Shown: positions 9,890 through 18,938, numbered from the stretch's first letter. The stretch is 64,000 nucleotides of DNA from an uncultured Gemmatimonadota bacterium (GCA_964465015.1 CAYXHP010000150.1:8424-72423), one strand, 5' to 3'. Notes: generated from the sequence alone by a model not told the origin. Translations and numbers: made by a program.

Positions 9890-11131
9890 ATGGGAGGACC
9901 GCGGCCAGAGGCGGGTCGCGGACCGGAACCGGAGGCGGCTCCGGAGCCGGCCGCGCGGAGCCGGATGGGTAGCCGGCGGGACGCCGCCATCCTGGTGGTG
10001 GCCGTGCTGGCGCTGCTCGCCCTCGCGGTGGCGACACGCCTCCGGGTGAGCCGGGTGGCGGGGGAGGCCCACCCCACCACGTTCAGCTCGGCTCCCGGCG
10101 GTGCCCGCGCGCTTCACCTGCTGGCCGGAGAGCTGGGCCTCCGTGACGCGCGGCGCATGCGTTCCTACGCCGATGACCCGCTGTCCGATTCGGTCGGGCT
10201 CGCCGTGATCCTCGCGCCGAGCCGGGAGCTCACGCCCCGGGAGGTGTCGAGCGTGCTGGGGTGGGTCCGCGCCGGGGGCGAGCTCCTCTACGCGGAGGCC
10301 TGGGGCGGGGCGGGCCTCCTCGCCGACTCGCTCGGGCTCCGGCTCCGCCCGCTCGCGCCCGACAGCCTGAACGCGTTCGAGGCCCTGGCCTGGTCGGGCG
10401 ACTCGGCGGAGGCCACGGCCGACTCCATCGGGCGCGACGTGGGCCGGATCCCCGGCTTCCGCTTCGCCTTCGCCGGCTCGCCGGCTCCCCGGACCGCGGT
10501 CCGCGTCCGGCCCCTGGCGCGGGCGGACGGCGGCGCCACGATCATCGAGCTCCCGTTGGGTGGGGGTCACGTGATCGCGTGGAGCGACGCGTCGCCGCTG
10601 ACGAACCACTGGCTGAGGGACGGTGGTGCCGGCCTGCTGTTCGCCCGGGAGGCCGCGCGGGCGCTGTCCGGCGGGCGGGTCCTCGAGTTCGACGAGTACC
10701 ACCAGGGCTACCGCGAGGGCGCTGGACCGCTCACGGCACTGCTCGGCTTTCTGAGGACCGGACCCGGACACGCGGCGCTTCAGGGAGCCGTCGCCCTCCT
10801 CCTCCTGCTCGTGCTCTCGGCCCGCAGGTTCGGCGCCCCGGTGCCGGAACTGCCGGCGCGTCGGCGCTCGCCCCTGGAGCACGTGAGCGCCCTGGCGGAG
10901 GCCTACCGTCGGGCGGGCGCCCGACGCACCGCGCGGACGCGTCTGGCGCAGGGCCTGTACCGACGGCTGGGCCTCCGGCTCCCGGGGATCCGGGAGCCCG
11001 GGTTGCCGGCGGGCATCGAGCGCTGGGCATCGGGCTCCGAGCTGGAGACGGTGTGGAATCGCGGCGAGGACGGCGACCTCGTGTCGCTGGCCGCCGCCGT
11101 GGACGAGGTCATCAGGGAGGTGAGACGATGA
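9890..11131 (+). CDS. DUF4350 domain-containing protein
   Basis: Position immediately upstream of MoxR, with its TGA overlapping the MoxR ATG. TM/signal segment AILVVAVLALLALAVA. Alternative start at ATG 9965. Confidence 0.6.
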   Translation: MGGPRPEAGRGPEPEAAPEPAARSRMGSRRDAAILVVAVLALLALAVATRLRVSRVAGEAHPTTFSSAPGGARALHLLAGELGLRDARRMRSYADDPLSDSVGLAVILAPSRELTPREVSSVLGWVRAGGELLYAEAWGGAGLLADSLGLRLRPLAPDSLNAFEALAWSGDSAEATADSIGRDVGRIPGFRFAFAGSPAPRTAVRVRPLARADGGATIIELPLGGGHVIAWSDASPLTNHWLRDGGAGLLFAREAARALSGGRVLEFDEYHQGYREGAGPLTALLGFLRTGPGHAALQGAVALLLLLVLSARRFGAPVPELPARRRSPLEHVSALAEAYRRAGARRTARTRLAQGLYRRLGLRLPGIREPGLPAGIERWASGSELETVWNRGEDGDLVSLAAAVDEVIREVRR

Positions 11132-12093
11132 TGGTCGAAGGGTCGAGGGAGCCGGGGCGGGTCGCCCGGGAGACGCTCGCGGCGGTCGAGCGGGTCGTCC
11201 TGGGGCAGGAGACGGTGCTCCGGCAGATGCTGATCACGCTCCTGGCGGGAGGACACGGGCTCATCGAAGGCGTGCCCGGGACGGCCAAGACGCTGGCCGT
11301 GCGGGCCCTGGCGCTCACGCTCGATGTGCGCTTCGGGCGCATCCAGTTCACACCCGACCTCATGCCCACCGACATCACGGGCGTGAACGTCCTCGACGAG
11401 CTCCAGCGCTCCTTCGTCTTCCATCCGGGGCCCCTGTTCGCCGACCTCCTCCTTGCGGACGAGATCAACCGGGCCCCGGCCAAGACGCAGGCCGCTCTCC
11501 TGGAGGCGATGCAGGAGGGACAGGTGACGGTCGACGGAGTCTCCCACCCCCTGCCGGGCGTGTTCACCGTGTTCGCCACCCAGAACCCGGTCGAGCACGA
11601 AGGGACCTACCCCCTGCCCGAGGCGCAGCTCGACCGCTTCCTCCTCAAGATCGTCGTCGACTACCCGGCGGAGGAAGCGGAACGCAGCATCCTGGACCGC
11701 TACGTGGACGGGTTCCGGGCCGATCGCGTCGAAAGCTTCGGGATCGGCAGAGTCGCCAGCCGCTCCGCGCTCGAGGAGCTGCGCGCGGCCGTGGCCGAGG
11801 TCCACGTCGAGCCCCGCGTCCGCGACTACGTCGTGGCCATCGTGCGGGCGACCCGCGGCGACCCCTCCCTCTCCCTGCCCGCCAGCCCCCGCGCCGGCGT
11901 GGCACTGTTCTCGGCTTCACGAGCGCAGGCGCTCCTGGAGGGGCGTGACTTCGTCGTCCCGGACGACGTGAAGGAGCTGGGGATCCCGGTCCTCAGGCAC
12001 AGGATCCGGCTCACGCCGGAGGCCGAGGTGGAGGGACTCACCCCGGCGGCCCGCCTCTCCGAGATCCTGGCCGGCGTCGAGGCGCCGGCCTGA
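11128..12093 (+). CDS. MoxR-family AAA+ ATPase
   Basis: Walker A GVPGTAKT, Walker B LLADEINRAPAKTQAALLEAMQE. AGGGAGG RBS at 11114-11120. ATGA overlap with the upstream gene. Confidence 0.92.
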   Translation: MMVEGSREPGRVARETLAAVERVVLGQETVLRQMLITLLAGGHGLIEGVPGTAKTLAVRALALTLDVRFGRIQFTPDLMPTDITGVNVLDELQRSFVFHPGPLFADLLLADEINRAPAKTQAALLEAMQEGQVTVDGVSHPLPGVFTVFATQNPVEHEGTYPLPEAQLDRFLLKIVVDYPAEEAERSILDRYVDGFRADRVESFGIGRVASRSALEELRAAVAEVHVEPRVRDYVVAIVRATRGDPSLSLPASPRAGVALFSASRAQALLEGRDFVVPDDVKELGIPVLRHRIRLTPEAEVEGLTPAARLSEILAGVEAPA

Positions 12094-12101
12094 GAGAGGC
12101 C

Positions 12102-13391
12102 GTGCCTCTCCTTCCCTCTCGCCGCCTGGTCGTCGTGGTGGCGGTCCTGGCCCTGGGCTTCCTGGCCGGCCCCGGACCCGCCCTCGTCCTCGACGGCCTC
12201 CTCGTGGCGGCGCTCGTGGTCGACGCGGTGGGGACGTACGTGGGCCGCCGGCCGATCGTGCGCCGCACGGTCCCGGCCCGGATCCCGCTCGGCGGCAGCG
12301 CGCTGGTGCGGGTCGAAATCGAGAACCGGGGCCCCGCCCGGCGCCTGGCCTGGACCGACGACCTGCCCGTGGAACTGGAGCGCGAGGGACCCGACCGTTT
12401 CGAGGAGGCGGTTCGGGCGCGCGGCATCGTACGGCGCCAATACCGCGTGCGCGGCGCCGAGCGCGGGAGCACGACCCTCGGGGACGTGCACGTACGCCTG
12501 CTGGGCCCCCTGGGGCTCGTCTGGCGCCGACTCCGGGTGCGGCGCGCGGACCCGACGGTGGTGCAGCCCGGCCTCCTGGACCTCCGACGGCACCGGCTCC
12601 TGGCGCTTCATCACCGCCGCCGGCCCGGGGTCCGGGCGACGCGTCGGCCGGAGGGCGGCCGCGAGTTCGAGCGGCTGCGCGAGTACGTCCCCGGGGACGA
12701 CACCCGGCGCATCGACTGGAAGGCGACGGCGCGCCATGGCCGCCTCATCGTGCGCGAGTACGAGGCGGAGCGGAGCCAGAGCGTGCTCCTGGCGATCGAC
12801 GCCGGGCGCCTCATGAGCGAGCGCATCGCCGGACGCGACCGGTTGGACCACGCGCTGGCCGCGGCGCTCGTCCTCGCCGACGCGGCCGCTCGCCAGGGGG
12901 ACGCGGTCGGGGTCCTCCTGTTCGCCGACGGCGTGCAGGCCTACCTGCCACCGGCCCGCACGTCGCTGGCGCGGATCGCGGAGATCCTGGGGTCGGTCGA
13001 GGCGCGGATAGCCGAGCCCGACTACCCGGCCGTCTTCAGGTTCCTGGGTCGGAGGCTCCGCCGCCGCTCGCTGGTGGTCCTGTTCAGCGACCTGGTGGAT
13101 CCCGCCGTCTCCGCCCCGCTCCTGGCCAACCTGGCCTCGGCGGCGCGGCGTCACCTGCCGCTGGTCGTGGCCATCCGCAACACGGAGCTGGAGGCGGCGG
13201 CCGACGACCCGGCGACGAGCGAGGAGGAGGTCTACCGGCGCGCGGCGGCCGAGGAGCTCCTGCAGGCGCGGGCCGTCGCCCTGGCGGCGGTGCGCCGCCG
13301 CGGCGTGCTGGTCGCCGACGTCCTCCCGCGGGCGGCGGTCCCGGAGACGCTGGGTCGCTACCTGGAGGTCAAGGCCCGCGGCCTCCTGTGA
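12102..13391 (+). CDS. DUF58 domain-containing protein (vWA-like MoxR partner)
   Basis: GTG start 8 nt after the MoxR stop. N-terminal TM helices. Signature GDDTRRIDWKATARHGRLIVREYEAE. Confidence 0.88.
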   Translation: MPLLPSRRLVVVVAVLALGFLAGPGPALVLDGLLVAALVVDAVGTYVGRRPIVRRTVPARIPLGGSALVRVEIENRGPARRLAWTDDLPVELEREGPDRFEEAVRARGIVRRQYRVRGAERGSTTLGDVHVRLLGPLGLVWRRLRVRRADPTVVQPGLLDLRRHRLLALHHRRRPGVRATRRPEGGREFERLREYVPGDDTRRIDWKATARHGRLIVREYEAERSQSVLLAIDAGRLMSERIAGRDRLDHALAAALVLADAAARQGDAVGVLLFADGVQAYLPPARTSLARIAEILGSVEARIAEPDYPAVFRFLGRRLRRRSLVVLFSDLVDPAVSAPLLANLASAARRHLPLVVAIRNTELEAAADDPATSEEEVYRRAAAEELLQARAVALAAVRRRGVLVADVLPRAAVPETLGRYLEVKARGLL

Positions 13392-15198
13392 GTGCCTCTT
13401 CGCGCCGGCCGGCCGCCCCCGTCCCTCCACCGGCCTCCCCCGGATCCTCCCGGCCCGCCAGCGCCAGGTAGGAGTAGAGGACGAAGCCCACGAGGCCCCC
13501 GAACACGAGCTTGGCAGCGGGCGGAAAGGGCCCGGGGGAGACGAAGCCCTCGATGAGCCCGGCGAGCACGAGGAGCATCACCACCCCTGCCGCCAGGGAC
13601 ACGGCCTCGCGGCCTCGCGTCACCAGCGCGCGGACTCTCGTCATGCGTCCCGGCAGCACCAGGGCCGAGCCCAGCCACAGCCCCGCTCCACCGGCGATCG
13701 AGATGGCGGTCAGCTCCACCACGCCGTGCGGGAGGATGAAGGACCACAGGTAGAGACCGAGGCCCTCCGAGTGGAACAGCCCCACGGTCGCCCCGAAGAA
13801 GATGCCGTTCAGGACCAGGATGAGGATCGTGCCGAGGCCGGCGATCACGCCCCCCGCGAAGGCGACGAAGGAGATCTGGACGTTGTTGGCGACGATGGCG
13901 CTGGACATCAGCGGCATGGCGGTGGTCGGGACGTCGACGTAGCCGAGCCCGCGCCGCATCCGGTCGGCTCCCTCCTCCGCCCGGGCGATCATGCGGGGCG
14001 GGAGCATGAGGCGCGCCCGGGCGGGCTCGACCGCGACCGACACGCCGGCGACGGCGGCGGGACCGAACAGGAGGAGCGCCGCGAGGACGATCACGAACGC
14101 CCGACGCCGAACGAGGGACGGGAAGCCGGCCGTGACCCAACGCCACGCGTGCCGCAGGCCGCGCCCGCGGCGTGAGTAGAGCAGGTTGTGCCCGGCACCG
14201 ACGATGCGCTCGAGGGCGTACAGGAGCTCGGGAGACCCACCGTAGGTGCGCGCTCGGGCGAGATCCGCGGCCACCTCCCGGTACAGGCCGACGAACCGCG
14301 ACACCTGGGATTCGGGGAGCGCGGAGAGGCCGCGCTTGCGGGCCACCTCGTAGACGGACCGGTACTCCACCCAGCGCCGCCGCTGGCGCCGGACCAGGGC
14401 GGCCGCCTCGCGGCTGCCGGTGACCTCCCTCAGCTCCGTGGAGGCGCGCCTCCCCGCCTCGTCCGCGTGCAGACCCGCCAGGTACGCGTCGTCGTCCCGC
14501 TCCCCGTCGTATCCCGCCGCGCGGAAGTGCGATGCCAGGCTCGCCGCCACCCGCTTCCTGGCGCGGCGATCCAGCGTCGACCTCCGGCCGGCATACTGGC
14601 GAAGCAGCTCGTACTCCTCGTCGCCGAGACGGGGCGGGCCGACCTCCACGATCCCCGCGTCCAGGTCGAAGCCCGTCGCGCGCTCGCGGACCACGAGCGT
14701 CCCCGCGGCCAGGTCGCCGACCCGCTGCGCCTTCCGGTGCAGGAGAATGAACCCACCCCCTACGAGCCAGGTCGGGATCGGCTGAATGTCGACGATGCGG
14801 AGCAGGTTCCGGATGGCCGCTCCGCGCAGCGTGATTGGATAGCCGCCGTCGTGGACCACCCGAAGGGACAGTCGCTTCTTTCCCGGCGTCTGCCCGTCGC
14901 GGAAGCCCTCGAAGTAGACGAAGTAGGCGTACGGAAGTCCGAACCACAGCGCGACCAGGGCGGCGCCGAGAACGCTCTCCGAGCCGATTCCGGTGGCCCC
15001 GTACAGGAGGATGAGCGCGAGGCTGACGGCCAGGAGGACCGAGCCGAGGAGGATGCCATCCAGCACGAAGGCCGCGAAGCGCGAACCGGGCCCCGCGAGC
15101 GCGAAGCCGACGGCCACGCGCTCGGGCGTCTCGATCTCCAGGCGCCGGTCGACCAGCGGCGAGGCCGCCTCGACCGCTGCGCTCGGCTGGGTGGACAT
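13369..15198 (-). CDS. RDD-domain / SpoIIM-like (DUF95) fusion membrane protein
   Basis: ATG at 15198 (MSTQPSAAVEAASPLVDRRLEIETPERV...). The N-terminal RDD domain includes FRDGQTPGKKRLSLRVV. The C-terminal multi-TM SpoIIM-like region includes ILPHGVVELTAISIAGGAG. The 263 in-frame codons further upstream look non-coding. Confidence 0.75.
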   Translation of the reverse strand: MSTQPSAAVEAASPLVDRRLEIETPERVAVGFALAGPGSRFAAFVLDGILLGSVLLAVSLALILLYGATGIGSESVLGAALVALWFGLPYAYFVYFEGFRDGQTPGKKRLSLRVVHDGGYPITLRGAAIRNLLRIVDIQPIPTWLVGGGFILLHRKAQRVGDLAAGTLVVRERATGFDLDAGIVEVGPPRLGDEEYELLRQYAGRRSTLDRRARKRVAASLASHFRAAGYDGERDDDAYLAGLHADEAGRRASTELREVTGSREAAALVRRQRRRWVEYRSVYEVARKRGLSALPESQVSRFVGLYREVAADLARARTYGGSPELLYALERIVGAGHNLLYSRRGRGLRHAWRWVTAGFPSLVRRRAFVIVLAALLLFGPAAVAGVSVAVEPARARLMLPPRMIARAEEGADRMRRGLGYVDVPTTAMPLMSSAIVANNVQISFVAFAGGVIAGLGTILILVLNGIFFGATVGLFHSEGLGLYLWSFILPHGVVELTAISIAGGAGLWLGSALVLPGRMTRVRALVTRGREAVSLAAGVVMLLVLAGLIEGFVSPGPFPPAAKLVFGGLVGFVLYSYLALAGREDPGEAGGGTGAAGRREEALTGGRGP

Positions 15199-15459
15199 CG
15201 ATCCTCCCGGCGCTCGGACTCGGAGGGCGATCCGGCGTGCGGCCGGACCGCGACCGGCCGCGCGCGGCGACCGGAGGTCGTGTAGGCTAACCCCGCGGCG
15301 CCACGCCGGGAAGGAACGGAGGCGCTCGGCCGCCGGTCCCGGGGGGAGGGGACGGAGGCTGCCGTCAGCACCCGCGGCGGACCCGCCGGCTCCTTGCGGG
15401 GGGGAGCCCGCGCGGCCGAGCTTGAGCCCGTCCCCCCACTCGACGCCAGGAGGCCCCCC

Positions 15460-15861
15460 ATGCCCGAGCATGACAACGATCCGAAGGCGGCCATCCGGGA
15501 GGCCACGCGGCGGCGCGTGCGCAGGATCCGCGACCAGGAGATGGACGCCATGGTCCGCGAGTTCTACGCGGACGATGCCGTTTTCATGCCCCCGAACCGG
15601 GAAGAGGTCCGGGGCACGGGAGCCCTGCTCGAATACTGGCGAGCGCGACCCGACGAGGGACTCCTCGAGCTGGAGCTGGAGCCCGTCCACATCGAGAGCT
15701 CGGGGGCGCTGGCCTACGAGGTGGGCCGGTACACGAGCATCCTGCGGCCACGCCACGGAGCGCTCCTGCAGGACTACGGAAAGTACCTGGCCGTCTACCG
15801 ACGTCAGGCCGATGGCGGGTGGAAGGCGGTCGCGGACACGTTCAACAGCGACCGGGACTAG
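15460..15861 (+). CDS. SnoaL-like / DUF4440 (NTF2-fold) protein
   Basis: AGGAGG at 15448-15453 before ATG 15460. Pattern FYADDAVFMPPN...ALAYEVGRY...YLAVYRRQADGGWKAVADTFNSD is typical of DUF4440. Confidence 0.7.
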   Translation: MPEHDNDPKAAIREATRRRVRRIRDQEMDAMVREFYADDAVFMPPNREEVRGTGALLEYWRARPDEGLLELELEPVHIESSGALAYEVGRYTSILRPRHGALLQDYGKYLAVYRRQADGGWKAVADTFNSDRD

Positions 15862-16136
15862 CGGCCCCGAGGCTCCCGCCCACGTTGCGAAATGCGAGCC
15901 GGCTCGCCACATGCGCGAGCCGGGCACCGCGGCCGGCCGGTCGCACCTCCCTCCTCTCCAACGCAAGACCGCCCGTCGCTCCGGCATCCTTCCGTTCGGG
16001 TCGTGGCCCGCGCCGCGCCGGTACGAACCTTGATGTTACGGGGAGCCCATCAACCTCTGGAATCCTCCGCCGCCGGCGTGACCCGCCGGGGCGGGCGGAG
16101 CGGGCGGCGAAGCCGTGGTGCCGGGAAGCGGAGTCG

Positions 16137-16808
16137 ATGCGGAAACGAAGCGAGCTCAAGATGGAGGCGCGCCGCGAAGCGGCCGAGGGCCGGCTGGGCA
16201 TGGCGCTGGAGCTCTACGACCGGGCCGTGCGGACGGCCGAGGAGGCCGGCGAGGCCGCCGACCCGCTCCTCCACGTGAGGATCGGCGACCTGCACCACCG
16301 GCTGGGCCACTCGCGCTCGGCCCTGGCGAGCTACCGTCGAGCCGCCGGGCGCTACCGCGAGGAGGGGCTCGCTCTCAACGCCGTGGCGGTCTGGGAGCGA
16401 ATCCTGCGCTGCTATCCCGACGAGCTGGAGGCCCACCGGTCGCTGGTGGATCTCAACCTGGAGCAGGGACTCGTGGCGGAGGCCCGACTCCACCTGATGG
16501 AGTACGTGGAGGCCGCCGACCGACTCGGACGGACCGAAGAGGCGATCGACGCTCTGGTCGACTTCCTGGCCGGCTGGTACGACGAGGAGGTCGCGGGCAT
16601 CCTGCACGCGTACGAGGCGCTGCAACGCCGGCGCACCGAGACCTCCGCCCCCATCCAGACGGAACTCCCCGCGGCCGAGCCGGCCGAGGCGGGACCCGAG
16701 GCCTCGCCGCAGGCGATCCCGACCTCGCCCGCGCGCCGTAAGCACGGCGGACGAGACGTCCGCCGCCGCCTCCCCATGCTCCCCTCCGTGGCGACGGCGG
16801 CGGGCTGA
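16137..16808 (+). CDS. Hypothetical TPR-like helical protein
   Basis: ATG 16137. Helical-repeat sequence (ALELYDRAV...ALASYRRAAGRYREEGLALNAVAVWERILRCYPDELEAH). Disordered Pro/Ala-rich tail. Confidence 0.55.
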   Translation: MRKRSELKMEARREAAEGRLGMALELYDRAVRTAEEAGEAADPLLHVRIGDLHHRLGHSRSALASYRRAAGRYREEGLALNAVAVWERILRCYPDELEAHRSLVDLNLEQGLVAEARLHLMEYVEAADRLGRTEEAIDALVDFLAGWYDEEVAGILHAYEALQRRRTETSAPIQTELPAAEPAEAGPEASPQAIPTSPARRKHGGRDVRRRLPMLPSVATAAG

Positions 16809-16866
16809 TCGCGCTCACCTTGCCCGCCCCCGGTCGAGGCCGCATCCTCCCGCCCACACGCTCACT

Positions 16867-16919
16867 GGCGATGGAGTCCGCCGGAACCGCCGCGGCGCGC
16901 CGCGGCTGATGACTCCTCC
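16867..16919 (+). promoter_or_regulatory. Fluoride riboswitch (crcB RNA motif)
   Basis: GGCGAUGGAGUCCGCC-GGAACCGCCGCGG-cgcg-CCGCGGC-UGAUGACUCCUCC matches the conserved crcB-motif core. That core is GGCGAUG..CGCC P1, a GC-rich P3 hairpin, and UGAUG followed by a pseudoknot (ACUCC pairing with GGAGU). It lies directly upstream of crcB. Confidence 0.9.
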
Positions 16920-16958
16920 AGGCCGGGTCGCCACCCGGCCTGGAGGATCTTCTGTTTC
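16916..16958 (+). terminator. Riboswitch expression-platform intrinsic terminator
   Basis: CTCCAGGCCGGGT-cgcc-ACCCGGCCTGGAG, a 13-bp stem, followed by gaTCTTCTGTTTCT. The 5' arm overlaps the riboswitch pseudoknot strand, as expected for a fluoride-ON transcriptional switch. Confidence 0.8.
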
Positions 16959-16975
16959 TGGTGCGGAGGACACGG

Positions 16976-17371
16976 ATGGTCGTTCTCTATCTCTACATCG
17001 CGGTGGGCGGGGCGCTCGGCGCCCTGGCCCGTTACGCGCTCTCGGGCTGGGTCCACGGATGGGCGGGCGCCGCATTCCCGTGGGGCACCCTCGCCGTGAA
17101 CCTCCTCGGCGCTTTCCTGCTCGGCTTCGCGGCGCGATTCCTCGAGGGGACGGCGGCGTCCGCCTCCCTCCGCGCGCTCGTCACCATCGGCTTCCTGGGC
17201 GCGTTCACCACCTTCAGCACGTTCAGTTACGAGACGGTCGCGCTCCTCAGGGACGGCGAGATGGTTTCCGGATTGCTGTACGTGACCGGGAGCGTGCTGG
17301 TCGCCCTGGTCGCGACCCTCCTCGGTCTCGGATTGGCGGAAGCGATCCTGCGGCACGGGATGGGCACATGA
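16976..17371 (+). CDS. crcB: Fluoride ion channel CrcB/FluC
   Basis: GGAGG at 16966-16970 before ATG 16976. Motifs GGALGALARY, PWGTLAVNLLGAFLLG and GFLGAFTTFSTFSYE. Confidence 0.92.
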   Translation: MVVLYLYIAVGGALGALARYALSGWVHGWAGAAFPWGTLAVNLLGAFLLGFAARFLEGTAASASLRALVTIGFLGAFTTFSTFSYETVALLRDGEMVSGLLYVTGSVLVALVATLLGLGLAEAILRHGMGT

Positions 17372-17736
17372 CCGCCGAACGCGGGTTCGCGGGCGAGAGG
17401 ACCCTCATGCGGATCTTCATCGGGGAGTCGGACCGGCACGCGGGACGACCCCTGTACGAGAAGCTGGTGGAGCTCTTTCGGCAGCGGGGCTTCGCGGGGA
17501 CCACGGTGCTGCGGGGAATCGGCGGATTCGGAGCGCACGCCCGCCTCCACACCGACAAGATCCTGCGGCTGTCCCTCGACCTCCCGATCGTGGTCGAGGT
17601 CGTGGACACCGAGGAGCGCATCCAGGCGGTCCTCCCCGAGCTGGATGGGATGATCGAGGGCGGCCTCATCACGCTCGAGCGCGCCCGCGTCATCATGTAC
17701 CGGCCTCACGAGAAGGGCGAGCCTTCCGGACTGTAG
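17368..17736 (+). CDS. DUF190 (UPF0166, PII-like) protein
   Basis: ATGA overlap with the crcB stop. RIFIGESDRHAGRPLYEKLVELFRQRGFAGTTVLRGIGGFG is typical of DUF190, which commonly accompanies crcB. Confidence 0.85.
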   Translation: MTAERGFAGERTLMRIFIGESDRHAGRPLYEKLVELFRQRGFAGTTVLRGIGGFGAHARLHTDKILRLSLDLPIVVEVVDTEERIQAVLPELDGMIEGGLITLERARVIMYRPHEKGEPSGL

Positions 17737-17831
17737 CCCTCCGATGGCGCGGCGTTGACGCGCGGCGGGACCTTCCGGACCGGCGGCCGTTCCGATGGGA
17801 CGGCCCGGTCACCCCCGGCCGCGAGGTCCCG

Positions 17832-18908
17832 ATGTCCCCGCGCCACATGCATCGGCAGGGCGGATTCGCCCTCCTCGTCACGCTTCTCGTCCTGCTCGGG
17901 CTCGCGGCCCTGGCGGCCGGCGGTCTCGCCCTGGCCGGCGAGGAGGCAGCGGCGGCCCGCACCCAGGCCGCGGGCGTGAGGGCCTACCTGGCCGCCCAGG
18001 CCGCCCTCGCCACCTTCTTGGCCGGCCCGCCGGGCCCGATCGAGGACAGCGTGGAGAGGGCCTACGTGTTCACGCCGCGGACCGGCGCCCGGCTGTGGGC
18101 CCGTCGACTGGTCCGGGCCGACGCGTTCCGCGATGTGTACCGGCTGTCGGCCACCGGCTCGCACCGGTCCGGCCGCGACGGAGCGGGCCGGACCCTGCGC
18201 CGGCTCGCGATGCTCGACCGTGCGCCGTTCCGGCCGCCCGCGGCTCTCACCGCCCTCTCGGGGACGGTCCTGGAAGGACCCGACGTGCTCCTCGAGGGCG
18301 CGGGCACCGCGAGTGCCGACGGCGCCTGCGCGGGCGCCGGCCCCTCCGGAGTCGCTGGAGCCGCCTTTCCGCCCGGCGGTTACGGGCAGGCGGCGGCGGT
18401 GCTCCAGGCCGAGGGGACGCCCGACACCCTGGCCGGCCCGACGGAGACGCTCCTCGCGGGCTCGGGGATCGACTGGCCCGCGCTGGCGGCTGGCGACGCG
18501 GCGTTCGACGTGCGCTACCCGGGCGACCCCTGGCCGGGACCGCCGTCGGCTCCGGACGAGCCGTGGCCCGGCATCCTGGTGCAGGCCGATCGCTTCGACG
18601 CCGGCCCCGGCCGCTCCGGTCGTGGAGCGCTGGTGGTGACGGGGGACCTGGTGCTGCAGGACGGCTTTCGCTGGGAGGGACTGCTGTTCGTCGGGGGCAC
18701 GCTTCGGGCGTCGGGCGCGGTCGCCGTCGGCGGCGCGGCCATCACCGGGCTGGCGGGCGGCTCCGACCCCGGGCCCGACCAGCTGGGCCCGGGGCTCGTC
18801 GCGTTCACCTACGACGCGTGCGCGGTGGCGAAGGCGGGCCGCTTCGCGGCTCGCCTGGCGCCGATGCCCGGCACCTGGAGCGAAGCCTTCTCGCTCCAGG
18901 CTCCCTGA
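17832..18908 (+). CDS. Hypothetical secreted protein with PilX-N-like (pseudopilin-like) N-terminus
   Basis: N-terminus RQGGFALLVTLLVLLGLAALAAGGLALA resembles the PilX_N hydrophobic segment. The rest has no recognisable domain. Confidence 0.45.
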   Translation: MSPRHMHRQGGFALLVTLLVLLGLAALAAGGLALAGEEAAAARTQAAGVRAYLAAQAALATFLAGPPGPIEDSVERAYVFTPRTGARLWARRLVRADAFRDVYRLSATGSHRSGRDGAGRTLRRLAMLDRAPFRPPAALTALSGTVLEGPDVLLEGAGTASADGACAGAGPSGVAGAAFPPGGYGQAAAVLQAEGTPDTLAGPTETLLAGSGIDWPALAAGDAAFDVRYPGDPWPGPPSAPDEPWPGILVQADRFDAGPGRSGRGALVVTGDLVLQDGFRWEGLLFVGGTLRASGAVAVGGAAITGLAGGSDPGPDQLGPGLVAFTYDACAVAKAGRFAARLAPMPGTWSEAFSLQAP

Positions 18909-18938
18909 GAGAGAGCCGCCGCCGGGCGGGCCGCGCGG

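Noticed and set aside
9874-9972. ATG at 9874 forming an ATGA overlap with the DUF4129 stop, considered as a possible coupled start for the next gene.
   Set aside because: That frame terminates after about 33 codons (the tail of junk ORF 9367-9972) and is not the DUF4350 frame.
15199-15987. 263-codon in-frame N-terminal extension of the RDD/SpoIIM ORF.
   Set aside because: The extension has no domain content, is Arg/Pro/Gly-rich and would run over the SnoaL-like gene on the other strand. The RDD domain begins right after the internal ATG at 15198.
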